Source: Eubacteriales bacterium
GTDB taxonomy: Bacteria; Bacillota; Clostridia; Christensenellales; CAG-138
DNA: 64,000 nucleotides
NCBI GenBank assembly: GCA_035446965.1
Contig: DAOTGE010000002.1
Span: 12,715-76,714, forward strand
Reading direction: 5' to 3'
Shown here: one piece after another, positions 36,269 to 45,366 of the stretch
How positions within the stretch are numbered: the stretch's first letter is position 1
How the letters are laid out: each line of letters starts with the position of its first letter
Made by a program: the position numbers and the translations under genes
Notes under the pieces: generated by a model
Database searches by the model: none
The model's input: the letters and a program-made list of their open reading frames with translations, nothing else
What the model was told of the DNA's origin: nothing

Positions 36269-36526
36269 TTAATAACAGCACAAAGCTTTAAGATCGTCCC
36301 AAGGTGTAGGTAAATGATTATCATAGCCGCAGTGAGGACAATTGACTTCGATATCATAATTCGTATCATTTCTCGAAACACAATTATGTACTAAAGTTTT
36401 TTCCGTGGGAATACGTTCAAAAGCCGGTGCTGTCCCCATTCGCTGGCGTTGTATTTGAAACCAGTGCCATTTAAATTTCCTGTTGCAATTTTCACAGATG
36501 CGGTCAGCTGAAAATATAACAGGCAT
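36269..36526 (-). CDS. Small zinc-ribbon-like protein, hypothetical
   Basis: CENC...CPHC cysteine pairs and an AAGGAG RBS. Lies in a low-GC islet next to the tRNA gene. Confidence 0.4.
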   Translation of the reverse strand: MPVIFSADRICENCNRKFKWHWFQIQRQRMGTAPAFERIPTEKTLVHNCVSRNDTNYDIEVNCPHCGYDNHLPTPWDDLKALCCY

Positions 36527-36782
36527 TACTTATTCTGCTCCTTAAGCATATTATGATGCTTCTGTTTGTGCACATCAAATCGTATTACCTGGTTGGCGAA
36601 AAGGCAATATAGTTTTGCAATGCGAATGAGAGAATACTCGGAAAATGGAAGAGAAAGGTTACGGATATATTAAGAAGGCGGGACACTCCCAGCAAGCCGC
36701 TCGTTGCCTGCACTTCGTGGGAGAACTTTCCTTAACTGTGTCATTGGAGAAGTGTGTTAAAAAGTGTGTTTTTGGCGTAAAC

Positions 36783-36820
36783 AAAAAGAGCCGGAATCGT
36801 TAGATTCTGCCGGCTCTTTT
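36783..36820 (-). terminator. Intrinsic terminator after tRNA-Leu
   Basis: AGAGCCGG...CCGGCTCT stem, followed on the minus strand by a T run. Confidence 0.6.
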
Positions 36821-36823
36821 CAA

Positions 36824-36910
36824 TGGTGCCGAAGGTGGGACTCGAACCCACACGTTGTCGCCAACAACGGATTTTGAGTCCGTCACGTCTGCCAATTCCA
36901 TCACTTCGGC
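36824..36910 (-). tRNA. tRNA-Leu (anticodon CAA), CCA encoded
   Basis: Minus strand: GCCGAAG acceptor stem, anticodon stem-loop ACGGA-CTCAAAA-TCCGT, long variable arm, T-arm GTGGG-TTCGAGT-CCCAC, CTTCGGC-ACCA. 87 nt. Confidence 0.9.
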
Positions 36911-36921
36911 TCAGCGTGAAT

Positions 36922-36950
36922 ATTCTAGCATAGCGACCGGTGCTTTGCAA
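36922..36950 (-). promoter_or_regulatory. Sigma-A promoter of tRNA-Leu
   Basis: Minus strand: TTGCAA, 17 nt, TAGAAT, about 11 nt upstream of the mature 5' end. Confidence 0.55.
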
Positions 36951-37083
36951 GCGCGGTTTACGCCGCGAAAGCGGTGTTTATGCCTGCAAGGAAATGCCGC
37001 GCCGGGCGCTGCGGGCGTTGAAACAATCCGTACCGGATGGTATACTGAATTCGCTGAACAGCAAAACAATCGGAGGACATAAA

Positions 37084-37497
37084 ATGGAATCGAAATATCC
37101 GCGCGACCCGGACGAGGAACGTGCGCAGGAATCCGGCGGCGACGATTTATCACAACAGCAGGACCAGGAGCCCGAAGAAGAGCTTGACGATCTGCAAAAG
37201 CGCGTCCGGGCGTATCCTGAGGCGAAGTGGAACCTGATACAGCGCGTCTGCGGCGCGCTGACAGGCGTTTTGTGCGGGTCGCTGCTGACGTATTTTTCGG
37301 CGATGGAGTCCATCGGCATGTACGGAACGATCGGCGCGCTGCTGATCGCTCTGTTTGTGCCGCGGCTGGCGGAAAAACGGCTGAAACGTTCGGTGAACAA
37401 GGGGCGCACGGCGATGCTGAGCGCGCTTGCGCTTTGGATTGCGGTGTACGCGATTATTATGGTCGTCAAGGGCGTGCCGTTTTTCACCGAGGGATAA
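37084..37497 (+). CDS. Hypothetical membrane protein (acidic N-terminus, 3 TM)
   Basis: The ATG at 37084 follows GGAGGA. Promoter TTGAAA-17-TATACT at 37018-37046. Confidence 0.5.
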   Translation: MESKYPRDPDEERAQESGGDDLSQQQDQEPEEELDDLQKRVRAYPEAKWNLIQRVCGALTGVLCGSLLTYFSAMESIGMYGTIGALLIALFVPRLAEKRLKRSVNKGRTAMLSALALWIAVYAIIMVVKGVPFFTEG

Positions 37498-37539
37498 TCC
37501 GACCGATTTGGACAAGGCATAGCGCCGGGAAGGACCCAT

Positions 37540-38487
37540 ATGGATAAGAAACCGCTGGTTTCCGTCGTCTGCCCGTGTTACAACGAAGAGCCGATGATCC
37601 CGTTGTATTACGAGGCCATGCAAAGAGACGTGTTCGACCGGCTGTGCGGGTATGAATTTGAGTTGATTTTGGTCAACGACGGTTCAAAGGACGGCACGCT
37701 GCACATCCTGCGCGATCTGGCCGGGCGCGACGGGCGGGTTAAATACGTCTCGTTCTCCCGTAACTTCGGCAAAGAAGCAGCGATGTATGCGGGGCTGAAA
37801 AACGCCAAAGGCGACTTTGTCTGCGTCATGGACTGCGATTTGCAGGACCCGCCGGAAATGATCGGGACCATGCTTGCGCGGCTGGAGCAGGGGGAATGCG
37901 ACTGCGTTGCGACGCGCCGTGTCACGCGCAAAGGCGAGCCGAAGATCCGCAGCGCGTTTGCGCGGTCGTTTTATCGCGTCATCAACCGCATTTCCGAGAC
38001 GGAGTTTGTCGACGGAGCGAGGGATTTTCGCATGATGCGGCGCTGTGTGACGGATGCGGTGCTGGAGCTCACGGAATACCACCGCTTTTCCAAGGGGCTG
38101 TTCATGTGGGTCGGCTTCGACACGGTTTGGCTGGAATACGAAAATGTCGAGCGTGCCGCGGGCGAGACCAAGTGGTCGTTTTGGAAGCTGGCGGCGTACG
38201 CCGTGGAGGGCATCGTTTCGTTTTCCACCGTGCCGCTGCGCATTGCAACGATTGCCGGAAGTCTTGTTTCGGCGCTGGCGCTTATTTACATGGTCATTCG
38301 TGTCATCATCGCGCTGATCTGGGGCAACCCGGTTGCGGGCTATCCGTCGCTGCTGGCGATTATGCTTTGTTTGGGCGGATTTATCCTGCTGGCACTCGGG
38401 GTAATCGGCGAGTATGTCGCGCGGACGTATATGCAGAGCAAACGCAGACCGATCTACATTCAAAAAGAAACGAACATCGGGAAATAA
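37540..38487 (+). CDS. GT2 polyprenyl-phosphate glycosyltransferase (GtrB/CsbB/ArnC-like)
   Basis: VSVVCPCYNEE, DGSKDGT, DCDLQDPPE (DXD), and two C-terminal TM helices. Confidence 0.85.
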   Translation: MDKKPLVSVVCPCYNEEPMIPLYYEAMQRDVFDRLCGYEFELILVNDGSKDGTLHILRDLAGRDGRVKYVSFSRNFGKEAAMYAGLKNAKGDFVCVMDCDLQDPPEMIGTMLARLEQGECDCVATRRVTRKGEPKIRSAFARSFYRVINRISETEFVDGARDFRMMRRCVTDAVLELTEYHRFSKGLFMWVGFDTVWLEYENVERAAGETKWSFWKLAAYAVEGIVSFSTVPLRIATIAGSLVSALALIYMVIRVIIALIWGNPVAGYPSLLAIMLCLGGFILLALGVIGEYVARTYMQSKRRPIYIQKETNIGK

Positions 38488-38490
38488 TCA

Positions 38491-38521
38491 AAAAGGATGG
38501 AACAAAAGTTCCATCCTTTTT
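38491..38521 (+). terminator. Intrinsic terminator
   Basis: AAAA-GGATGGAAC-aaaa-GTTCCATCC-TTTTT. Confidence 0.85.
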
Positions 38522-38585
38522 GACGGCAGGACGGATATGGCGGGAGGTTTCGCCTCCAAAACACCGCATAAGGCCGTACTGTCCT

Positions 38586-38745
38586 AGGGTGTGTTTCTAA
38601 AGTCTAAATGATGCAGTTTTGCCGAATCGGCTTGCAGATTGAGGCGAAAAACGTAGGCGCAGTGGTGCTGCGGCGAGGCTTCTCAACGAAAATATGCATG
38701 CTGAGGTGGTAGAAATGCGCTTTTGGGATTTTAGAAACACACCCT
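38586..38745. repeat. 160-bp element bounded by a perfect 16-bp inverted repeat (MITE-like element or structured RNA)
   Basis: AGGGTGTGTTTCTAAA (38586-38601) and TTTAGAAACACACCCT (38730-38745), separated by 128 nt that contain internal hairpins (CGCAG-tggtg-CTGCG). Confidence 0.6.
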
Positions 38746-38834
38746 GAGAAATTGTTTGAAACAGGGATTCCCAAGGGACACGTCCCCTGGGGAGGTGCAG
38801 GGGAAAATCCCCTGCATAAAAGAGTTTTTTACAG

Positions 38835-38870
38835 ATAAAAAACGGCGGGACATGCGCCCCGCCGTTTTGC
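38835..38870. terminator. Bidirectional intrinsic terminator downstream of the RND gene
   Basis: AAAAAA-CGGCGGG-acatgcgc-CCCGCCG-TTTT. Confidence 0.75.
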
Positions 38871-38875
38871 GTGTT

Positions 38876-41800
38876 TTATTGCTGTGCCTGCTCCACTTCC
38901 AGGTCGCGGTCATGCACGGAGCGCGGACGTTTTTTGATCATGCTGTCGTAAAGAATCGGAACGACGAAGAGCGTCATGAACGTCGCATAAACGAGTCCGC
39001 CGATGCTGACTACCGCGACCGGCTGAATCAGTCCGCCGCCGATGCCAAGGCCGAACGCCAGCGGCAGAAGACCGAGAATGGTCGTCAGCGCTGTCATCAG
39101 CACGGGACGAAGCCGGAGAGTGCCGGCGGTGACGACCGCTTCCCGCCGTTCCATACCGTCGGTCCGCAGCTGATTCATCGTGTCGATAAGCACAATGCCG
39201 TTATTGACGATGATCCCGACGAGCATGATGAAGCCGATCATTGCGACGATGGAGATTTCCATGCCGCAGATCAGCAGTGCAATCAGGCCGCCCGTGAACG
39301 CCAGCGGGATGGTCATCATCACGATGAACGGCGAGAGCAGGGACTGGAACTGCGCGACCATGATGAGATACACGATCAGGATGCCGAGCAGCATCATGGT
39401 CCCGAGATCGCCCAGCGCGCTCATGATGGTTTCGCTTTCGCCTTCGAACTCGATCGAAACGCCGTCCGGCGCGGTATACCCGGCAAGGGCGTCCTGCGCG
39501 TCGCCGGCGACGTTGGTCACGTTGTAGCCGTCCGCAATCTCTGCCGTAACGGTAACGTAGCGGCGCTGTTCGTCGCGCGTGATGGACTGGAGCGTCGTGC
39601 TTTCCTCGAATGTTGCGACGTCTTTGAGGGCGACGTGCTTATAGGTCCCGTCGGTCGCCTGGAACGTGATCTCATAGTTTTCGAGGTCGCTCAGCGTCGG
39701 ATCGGCATCCGGCAGGCTGACCACGACGTCCTGGTCCGTGTCCTCAATGCTGGTAACGCTCGCGTCCGACTGGAGCATGAGCGCCACGGATTGATAAATC
39801 TGCGCGGTGGTCAGTCCCTCCAGCGCGGCCTTTTCCTTGTCGACAGTGATACGCAGCGCAGGCATGGTGTTTTCGACGCCGTCGCTTACGTTCTTCGTGC
39901 CCTCGACGTTCGCCAGCACGCCGGCGACCTCCGTGGCGGTCTGCTGCAGTTCGTCCAGGTCGTCGCCGTATAGGTTGATCGTGACGCCGCTGCCGTTCAG
40001 TTCGGTCAGATATTCGCTCATGTTGCCGGAGCCCTCTGCGGAAACCGTGCAGTCGAGGTCGGCGCACATGTCTTCAATCACGCTCGAAAGATCCGAACTG
40101 TCACGCACTTTTTCACCGATGGGGATTACGCCGAACAGCGTTTCCTGCTGCTCCAGAACGAGGTAAAGCATGGTCTGGGTCGTGTCTTCGGTATCGGTGC
40201 TGATTCCGAACATGCTGGTCAGCCCCGAAGACAGCAGGGAACCGCAGGTTTCAACCTCGGGAATCTGCATGACCCGGCTGGCGACCTCGTCCGTCATGGC
40301 GGTCGCTTCTTCAAAGGTCGCGTCGTCCGGCATGGTGATTTCAACGGACATCTGCGGGCTGTCCATATCCGGGAAGTAGATGAAGCCGCGGTTGATTGCG
40401 GCGTACGCGCTCACAACGAGCAGCAGCAGCGCCAGAACAAGCACCGTACCCTTGCGGCGCAGCGCGCCGGAAAGCATCTTTTTATAGATGCGCTGCAGGA
40501 ATTGGCTGTCGTGGCGTTTCTTTTTGCGTTCGCGGCCGAGCAGACCGGAGGAGAGCGCGGGCACGAGCGTCAGCGCGACCACCAGACTGGCGAGCAATGA
40601 ATACGCGATGGTCAGCGCCATGTCCGCAAACAGCTGGCGCGTCAGCCCTTCGACAAACACGATCGGGAAAAACACGCAAACGGTGGTCAGCGTCGAGGCC
40701 GTAATTGCGCCCGCCATCTGTTTTGCGCCGGTGACGGCCGCTTTGACGGCGCTCATGCCGTTCATGCGCAGACGATAGGTGTTTTCGATCACGACGATGG
40801 AGTTGTCCACCAGCATGCCTACGCCGACGGCAAGTCCCGCCATCGAAATGATGTTCATCGTAACGCCCGAAAAATACATCAGCACGATTGCGAACGTAAC
40901 GCTGATGGGAATGGAGAGGAAGATAATCAGCGTTGGCCGCACGTCGCGCAGGAACAAAAACAGGATGACGACGGCCAGGAGCGCGCCGAGCACGATGTTC
41001 TGCAGAACGGAGTTGATGACCAGCCGGATGTAGTCGCCCTGGTCCATCAGCGTTGAAAACGACAGGCCGGGGTACTCTTCTTCAAGCGTGTTCATCTCGT
41101 TGTGGAGGTTGGTCGAAACGGTGGCGGTGGCATAGTTGCTCTGCTTATTGAGCGTAAAGAGGATGGCGTCGCTGCCGTTGATCTTGCCGTAAGTGGTGGC
41201 GGCGTCGTCGCTGACAAAAATATCCGCAACGTCCGAAAGGCGGATTGGATCGAGCCCGTCGAGCCCCAGATCGAACAAGATGAGATCGCCGAGTTCGTCC
41301 GCGCTGGAGAAAGCGTCGCCTACATAGACGAGCCATTCGCTGTCGTTCCCGTCGTCGGCAACATAGCCGGCTGGCATGGAGAAATTCTGCGCGCCGAGGA
41401 TTGCGCCGACGCTCTGGAGCGTAAGCAGGTTATTTAAGTCGGCGCTGTCGTATGCCTGCTGTTTTGCGTCGTCCAGTGTCTGTTTGTTTTCGTCCAGCGT
41501 TTCCTGCGCGTCGTCAAGCTGCTCACGGCTTTCGTCCAGCGCCTCCTGCCCTTTTTTCAGCTGGGACCAGCCGGAGGATATCTGGCTGCGCGCTTCCTGC
41601 TCCGTTTCGTCAAGCTGCACATAACCGTCTTCAATCTGCTGTAAGCCCGCGTCGATTTCGGCGATGGCCGCGTCGATCCCGGCCGCGTCGGAAATCCCGC
41701 TGGACGCGGTGAACGCCGCCCATGCGTCCGAGCGCTGTGTGTCCAGCGCGTCCCGCTGCGACTGCAGGTCCGCCCGCTGGGAAACATAGTCGTCCCGCTG

Positions 41801-42769
41801 GGCGATCAGCGCGTCTTTTTCCGGGCCGTCTTCCATTGCGTCTATGGACGTGTTGAGCCCGCTGATGACGGTGTCAAGATAGCTGATGCTCACATCCAGC
41901 TGTGCAATTGCACTGTCGAGGGAATCAAAGTCCGATTTTGCGCTTACAAGCTGGCTGCGCTGGGATTCCAGCGCGGCCTTTTGCGTGTCCAGTTCTTCCT
42001 GCGACGCCGCGATCTGTTCGTTCAGGTCGCTGCGCGCGCTGCCGAGCTGCGCTTCGCCGCTTTTGATCTTGCTTTCGCCGGTTTCGACCTGTTCGTACCC
42101 GTCGTCGATCTCCGTCTGCGCGTCGGAAAGCTGTGTTTCGCTGTCTTCGAACTCTCCGTCCACGGCTGCGCGGATGAGGACGTTCATTTCGTCCATCTTA
42201 TCCTGACTGAGCACAACGTTGACCTGCTCGGAAATCAGGCCGCTGGAACTGACGCCTGCAACGCCCTCGACGCCCTCGAGACGGGGGAGGATGGTCTCCT
42301 CATAAAACTGCGTCATTTCCGTGGAAGAGTACCCGTCGCGCTCAAGCGCGACGGCGGCGAGCGGAATCATGTTCGGGTTGATATTGAGGATGGACGAAGT
42401 GCCGACGCTGTCGCTCCAGCTGTCGCGGAGCGTATCCAGTTTTTCACGGATGTTCATCGTGGCCGCGTCCATGTTTGCATCGGAGGTAAACTGGAGGAGC
42501 ACCATCGAATAGTTTTCGCTCGACTGCGAGGAAATACTGTCGATGTTGTCCAGCGTGGCCATCTCCTGTTCGATGGGTTTGGTCACGACGTCTTCAACTT
42601 CCTCCGGCGTGGCGCCGACATAGCTGGTGAACACCACGACGTACGGCAAATCGATGTTCGGAAGGAGGTTCGGCGTCATGCTGGTGAACGCCACAACGCC
42701 GAGTACAATCACAAGGATGACCGCGACAAACACCGTGTACGGACGTTTAACGGAAAATTTAGAAATCAT
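38876..42769 (-). CDS. RND-superfamily efflux permease (AcrB/HAE-like) with a large coiled-coil insertion
   Basis: 1297 aa with 12 TM segments in a 1+5/1+5 arrangement and AcrB-like motifs in TM4/TM10 ([38 protein letters not shown]). About 250 extra residues (aa ~196-446) have heptad-like, Q/E/D/S/L-rich sequence. Confidence 0.9.
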   Translation of the reverse strand: MISKFSVKRPYTVFVAVILVIVLGVVAFTSMTPNLLPNIDLPYVVVFTSYVGATPEEVEDVVTKPIEQEMATLDNIDSISSQSSENYSMVLLQFTSDANMDAATMNIREKLDTLRDSWSDSVGTSSILNINPNMIPLAAVALERDGYSSTEMTQFYEETILPRLEGVEGVAGVSSSGLISEQVNVVLSQDKMDEMNVLIRAAVDGEFEDSETQLSDAQTEIDDGYEQVETGESKIKSGEAQLGSARSDLNEQIAASQEELDTQKAALESQRSQLVSAKSDFDSLDSAIAQLDVSISYLDTVISGLNTSIDAMEDGPEKDALIAQRDDYVSQRADLQSQRDALDTQRSDAWAAFTASSGISDAAGIDAAIAEIDAGLQQIEDGYVQLDETEQEARSQISSGWSQLKKGQEALDESREQLDDAQETLDENKQTLDDAKQQAYDSADLNNLLTLQSVGAILGAQNFSMPAGYVADDGNDSEWLVYVGDAFSSADELGDLILFDLGLDGLDPIRLSDVADIFVSDDAATTYGKINGSDAILFTLNKQSNYATATVSTNLHNEMNTLEEEYPGLSFSTLMDQGDYIRLVINSVLQNIVLGALLAVVILFLFLRDVRPTLIIFLSIPISVTFAIVLMYFSGVTMNIISMAGLAVGVGMLVDNSIVVIENTYRLRMNGMSAVKAAVTGAKQMAGAITASTLTTVCVFFPIVFVEGLTRQLFADMALTIAYSLLASLVVALTLVPALSSGLLGRERKKKRHDSQFLQRIYKKMLSGALRRKGTVLVLALLLLVVSAYAAINRGFIYFPDMDSPQMSVEITMPDDATFEEATAMTDEVASRVMQIPEVETCGSLLSSGLTSMFGISTDTEDTTQTMLYLVLEQQETLFGVIPIGEKVRDSSDLSSVIEDMCADLDCTVSAEGSGNMSEYLTELNGSGVTINLYGDDLDELQQTATEVAGVLANVEGTKNVSDGVENTMPALRITVDKEKAALEGLTTAQIYQSVALMLQSDASVTSIEDTDQDVVVSLPDADPTLSDLENYEITFQATDGTYKHVALKDVATFEESTTLQSITRDEQRRYVTVTAEIADGYNVTNVAGDAQDALAGYTAPDGVSIEFEGESETIMSALGDLGTMMLLGILIVYLIMVAQFQSLLSPFIVMMTIPLAFTGGLIALLICGMEISIVAMIGFIMLVGIIVNNGIVLIDTMNQLRTDGMERREAVVTAGTLRLRPVLMTALTTILGLLPLAFGLGIGGGLIQPVAVVSIGGLVYATFMTLFVVPILYDSMIKKRPRSVHDRDLEVEQAQQ

Positions 42770-43399
42770 TTAGAACGCCGCCTTTCCGCAGTCCGGTGCA
42801 CGAAGGAAGCCGCGCTTAACGAGCTCCAGCTTTTTTTCAAGCTGTGCGCGCAGCTGCGGAGCCTTCTGCGGATCGCAGAACAGCTCGGCGAGCGCGAAAG
42901 CGAGCATGGTAAACAATATTTCCAGCATATAATAAAGGTCGTCCCGCGTTTCGCAGGCAAGCGCCGTTGCGTCGATCAAATCGATGTTTTGCGTCAGAAT
43001 GGCAATGCTGGCCAGCGGGGATTCCCCCTGACGCGGCTGCAGCGGCTGCCTGTATGAAAAGAGATGGCGCATGACGGACAGGTTTGATTCCGCGGAAGCA
43101 AACTGAACGGATTCGTCAAACCCGGCGAGCACCGTCAAAAACACGTCTCCGTTCTGCTCATGGAGCGTACGCATAGCGCTTTGCTGCATGCGGGAACGAT
43201 AACCCGTGAGCAGGAAATCGTACAGATCGTCCTTGCCGGAAAAATACTGGTAGTAACTTCCTCTCGGAATTTTCGCCAGATGGATGATTCGGTTGATGGA
43301 AAGCTCGCTGAACGGCACGCGGGTCAGTTCGTCCCGGATTGCGTGCATCAGGCGTGTCCGCTTCTCATCAGGCAGATTGAAAAAAGTATCTGTGGGCAT
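42770..43399 (-). CDS. TetR/AcrR-family transcriptional repressor
   Basis: HTH INRIIHLAKIPRGSYYQYFSGKDDLY. The ATG at 43399 follows GGAGGAGAC. The stop abuts the RND start codon. Confidence 0.85.
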   Translation of the reverse strand: MPTDTFFNLPDEKRTRLMHAIRDELTRVPFSELSINRIIHLAKIPRGSYYQYFSGKDDLYDFLLTGYRSRMQQSAMRTLHEQNGDVFLTVLAGFDESVQFASAESNLSVMRHLFSYRQPLQPRQGESPLASIAILTQNIDLIDATALACETRDDLYYMLEILFTMLAFALAELFCDPQKAPQLRAQLEKKLELVKRGFLRAPDCGKAAF

Positions 43400-43465
43400 A
43401 AGTCTCCTCCGATTATTTCGGCACGTCCTGCGCCGGCGGGTTTGTTCTGCATGCGGGCCGTAAAA

Positions 43466-43495
43466 ATGACAATCTGTCATATGACACCTTGTCAT
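43466..43495. promoter_or_regulatory. Tandem palindromic operators (candidate TetR binding sites)
   Basis: ATGACA-atc-TGTCAT immediately followed by ATGACA-cct-TGTCAT. The centre is the perfect 12-mer TGTCATATGACA (43475-43486). Confidence 0.55.
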
Positions 43496-43524
43496 ATAAT
43501 AAAAAACAAAAGCGCTCGTGTCAA
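43496..43524 (-). promoter_or_regulatory. Consensus sigma-A promoter of the tetR-RND operon
   Basis: Minus strand: TTGACA, 17-nt spacer, TATTAT, with the operators directly downstream. Confidence 0.6.
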
Positions 43525-43592
43525 GCGGGCACGAACGTTTTTCACATTTTTTCCATATTGTGTGCCGGGTTCCGATAAATCGGCGGCTATGC

Positions 43593-44306
43593 TCAGATGT
43601 GTTCCATCCAGCGCACCGTCCGGTCCGAAGCGGTGAAGCCGAGCTTTTTCTGCAGCGCAAAGGAAGCGTCGTTGCCAAGGCGCACCTGGCAGAACGGAAG
43701 CCGGCCGGCTGCAAGAAGCGTATTGACCATGCTCGCTTCCAGCGCAAACGCCAGGCCGCGCCTGCGAAAAGCCGGCAGGACCTCGAGCAGGCCGATGGAG
43801 AGCTCGCCGTGCGTGCCGATGAAGCCCGCTATTTCGCCGTTTACAAACGCGCCGAGCATGCCCGCGGCAATGCGTTCGCGTACATATTCCGCGTCGTCCA
43901 CGCTGTGATAGTGCGCGCGCACAAACGGGAAATAGCTTTGATCGAGCGGCCGGATTTCCACGCCCTGCGGCAGTGTGAATCGGATAGGGGTTCGGGAATC
44001 ATAAACACAGTTGCAGCAGTCTAAAATCGGCGAGAGATTGCGCTGTGTCTGCAAATCGTCGCTTAATTCCGGCGTGTGGAGCACCACAAGGTATTCGCCT
44101 TTATCGGGCAGCGCGGAAAGCAGCAGGGGTAAAAACCGCTTTTTTGTGCCGGGTTCCGTCGAAAGCTGAAACAGGAAATCGTACTGAAAAAAAACGCCGT
44201 CGTCTCCGGCGTAGAATACCCTTGTGCAGGGGTCCTTGAGCTGTTCGAGCGCATCGATGTTTTTCAGGCGGTCACGAAGCAGATATTCCGCGGCTTTTTC
44301 TTTCAT
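43593..44306 (-). CDS. GNAT-family N-acetyltransferase
   Basis: C-terminal acetyl-CoA binding core LEVLPAFRRRGLAFALE. Start taken at the internal ATG (MKEKAAEYL); the ORF-track start is 44342. Confidence 0.7.
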   Translation of the reverse strand: MKEKAAEYLLRDRLKNIDALEQLKDPCTRVFYAGDDGVFFQYDFLFQLSTEPGTKKRFLPLLLSALPDKGEYLVVLHTPELSDDLQTQRNLSPILDCCNCVYDSRTPIRFTLPQGVEIRPLDQSYFPFVRAHYHSVDDAEYVRERIAAGMLGAFVNGEIAGFIGTHGELSIGLLEVLPAFRRRGLAFALEASMVNTLLAAGRLPFCQVRLGNDASFALQKKLGFTASDRTVRWMEHI

Positions 44307-44402
44307 GCCGTGCAGTTTATCACAGATTATACCGCTGCGCAATCGCCGTGCGGCGCAGTTGTAAACCTTGCGTAAAGAAACGGGATTACGCCCCCTGTTC
44401 GT

Positions 44403-44431
44403 TTGACACTTATTGGGCGGAATGTTACACT
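44403..44431 (+). promoter_or_regulatory. Sigma-A promoter at the head of the polysaccharide locus
   Basis: TTGACA (44403-44408), 17 nt, TACACT (44426-44431). Confidence 0.45.
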
Positions 44432-44497
44432 ACGATAGGAAAATCAGAGCGAAAAAAGCGGAAGATTCAATCCGAAACGGAGAGGAAAAGGGACGCG

Positions 44498-45361
44498 ATG
44501 GCGGACGTTACGGCGATTGTGCTGACCTGCAACGAGGAAGCGAATATCGAAGCCTGCCTGCAATCCGTGGCGGGCTTTTGCAGCCGCGTCGTCGTGCTCG
44601 ACAGCGGCAGCGCCGACCGCACCTGCGAAATTGCAGAGCGGCTTGGAGCGGACGTGATTCCGCACCCGTACACGTATTACGCCGAGCAGTACAACTGGGG
44701 TGTGGACAACGCGGGCATCTCGACCAAATGGACGCTGCGGCTCGACGCGGACGAGCGCTTTACGCCCGCCGTATGCGCGCGCTGCGAAAAGCTGATGGCC
44801 GAGCACGCGGACGACGACATAAACGGCATCGTTATGGAAAGCGATTTTTTCTTCCTGGACCGGCAGATGAAGCACGGCGGCAGCAAAAAGCGTAAAATCA
44901 TGCTGTTTAAAACCGGCAAAGGGCGTATTGAGGACCGCAGGCGGGACGCCCACACGATCCTGCTGGAAGGCAGGCCGGCGGCGATCAAAGAGCGATATCT
45001 GCACTTCGACTGCAAGGACCTGACGACCTACATCGACCGCTACAACAAATATGCAACCCGGGAGATGCTGGACTATCTCGACTATGAAAGCGGCGCGGGC
45101 TTCGACGTAAAGACCGACGAACAACTCAGAAAGCACCGCAGGAAAAAATTTAAAATTTACTACCGCGCGCCGATGTTTTTCCGCGCGTGGCTTTGGTTCG
45201 TGTATAATTACTATTTCCGGCTGGGGTTCCTGGACGGCCGGGAAGGGTATTTGTACCACTATTTTGAGAGCTATTGGTACCGCTTTCTTGTGGATGCGAA
45301 AATCTATGAACATCGGAAAACCGTGCGCGGGGAATTTGAACGGCGCGCGGCGGAGAAGTAA
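44498..45361 (+). CDS. GT2-family glycosyltransferase
   Basis: VTAIVLTCNEEANIEACLQS, LDSGSADRT, RLDADE (DXD-like). Start at the ATG at 44498. Confidence 0.8.
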   Translation: MADVTAIVLTCNEEANIEACLQSVAGFCSRVVVLDSGSADRTCEIAERLGADVIPHPYTYYAEQYNWGVDNAGISTKWTLRLDADERFTPAVCARCEKLMAEHADDDINGIVMESDFFFLDRQMKHGGSKKRKIMLFKTGKGRIEDRRRDAHTILLEGRPAAIKERYLHFDCKDLTTYIDRYNKYATREMLDYLDYESGAGFDVKTDEQLRKHRRKKFKIYYRAPMFFRAWLWFVYNYYFRLGFLDGREGYLYHYFESYWYRFLVDAKIYEHRKTVRGEFERRAAEK

Positions 45362-45366
45362 AAGAG

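Noticed and set aside
36136-36381. 81-aa ORF overlapping the zinc-ribbon ORF in another frame.
   Set aside because: It has no RBS and is hydrophobic and low-complexity. The overlapping 36269-36526 frame has an AAGGAG RBS and paired CxxC motifs, so it is the better candidate.
36140-36830. Possible att direct repeat of the tRNA-Leu 3' end that would delimit an integrated element.
   Set aside because: No copy of the tRNA 3' segment (GGGTTCGAGTCCCACCTTCGGCACCA, or its complement) is seen in the adjacent 1 kb, and no integrase gene is present.
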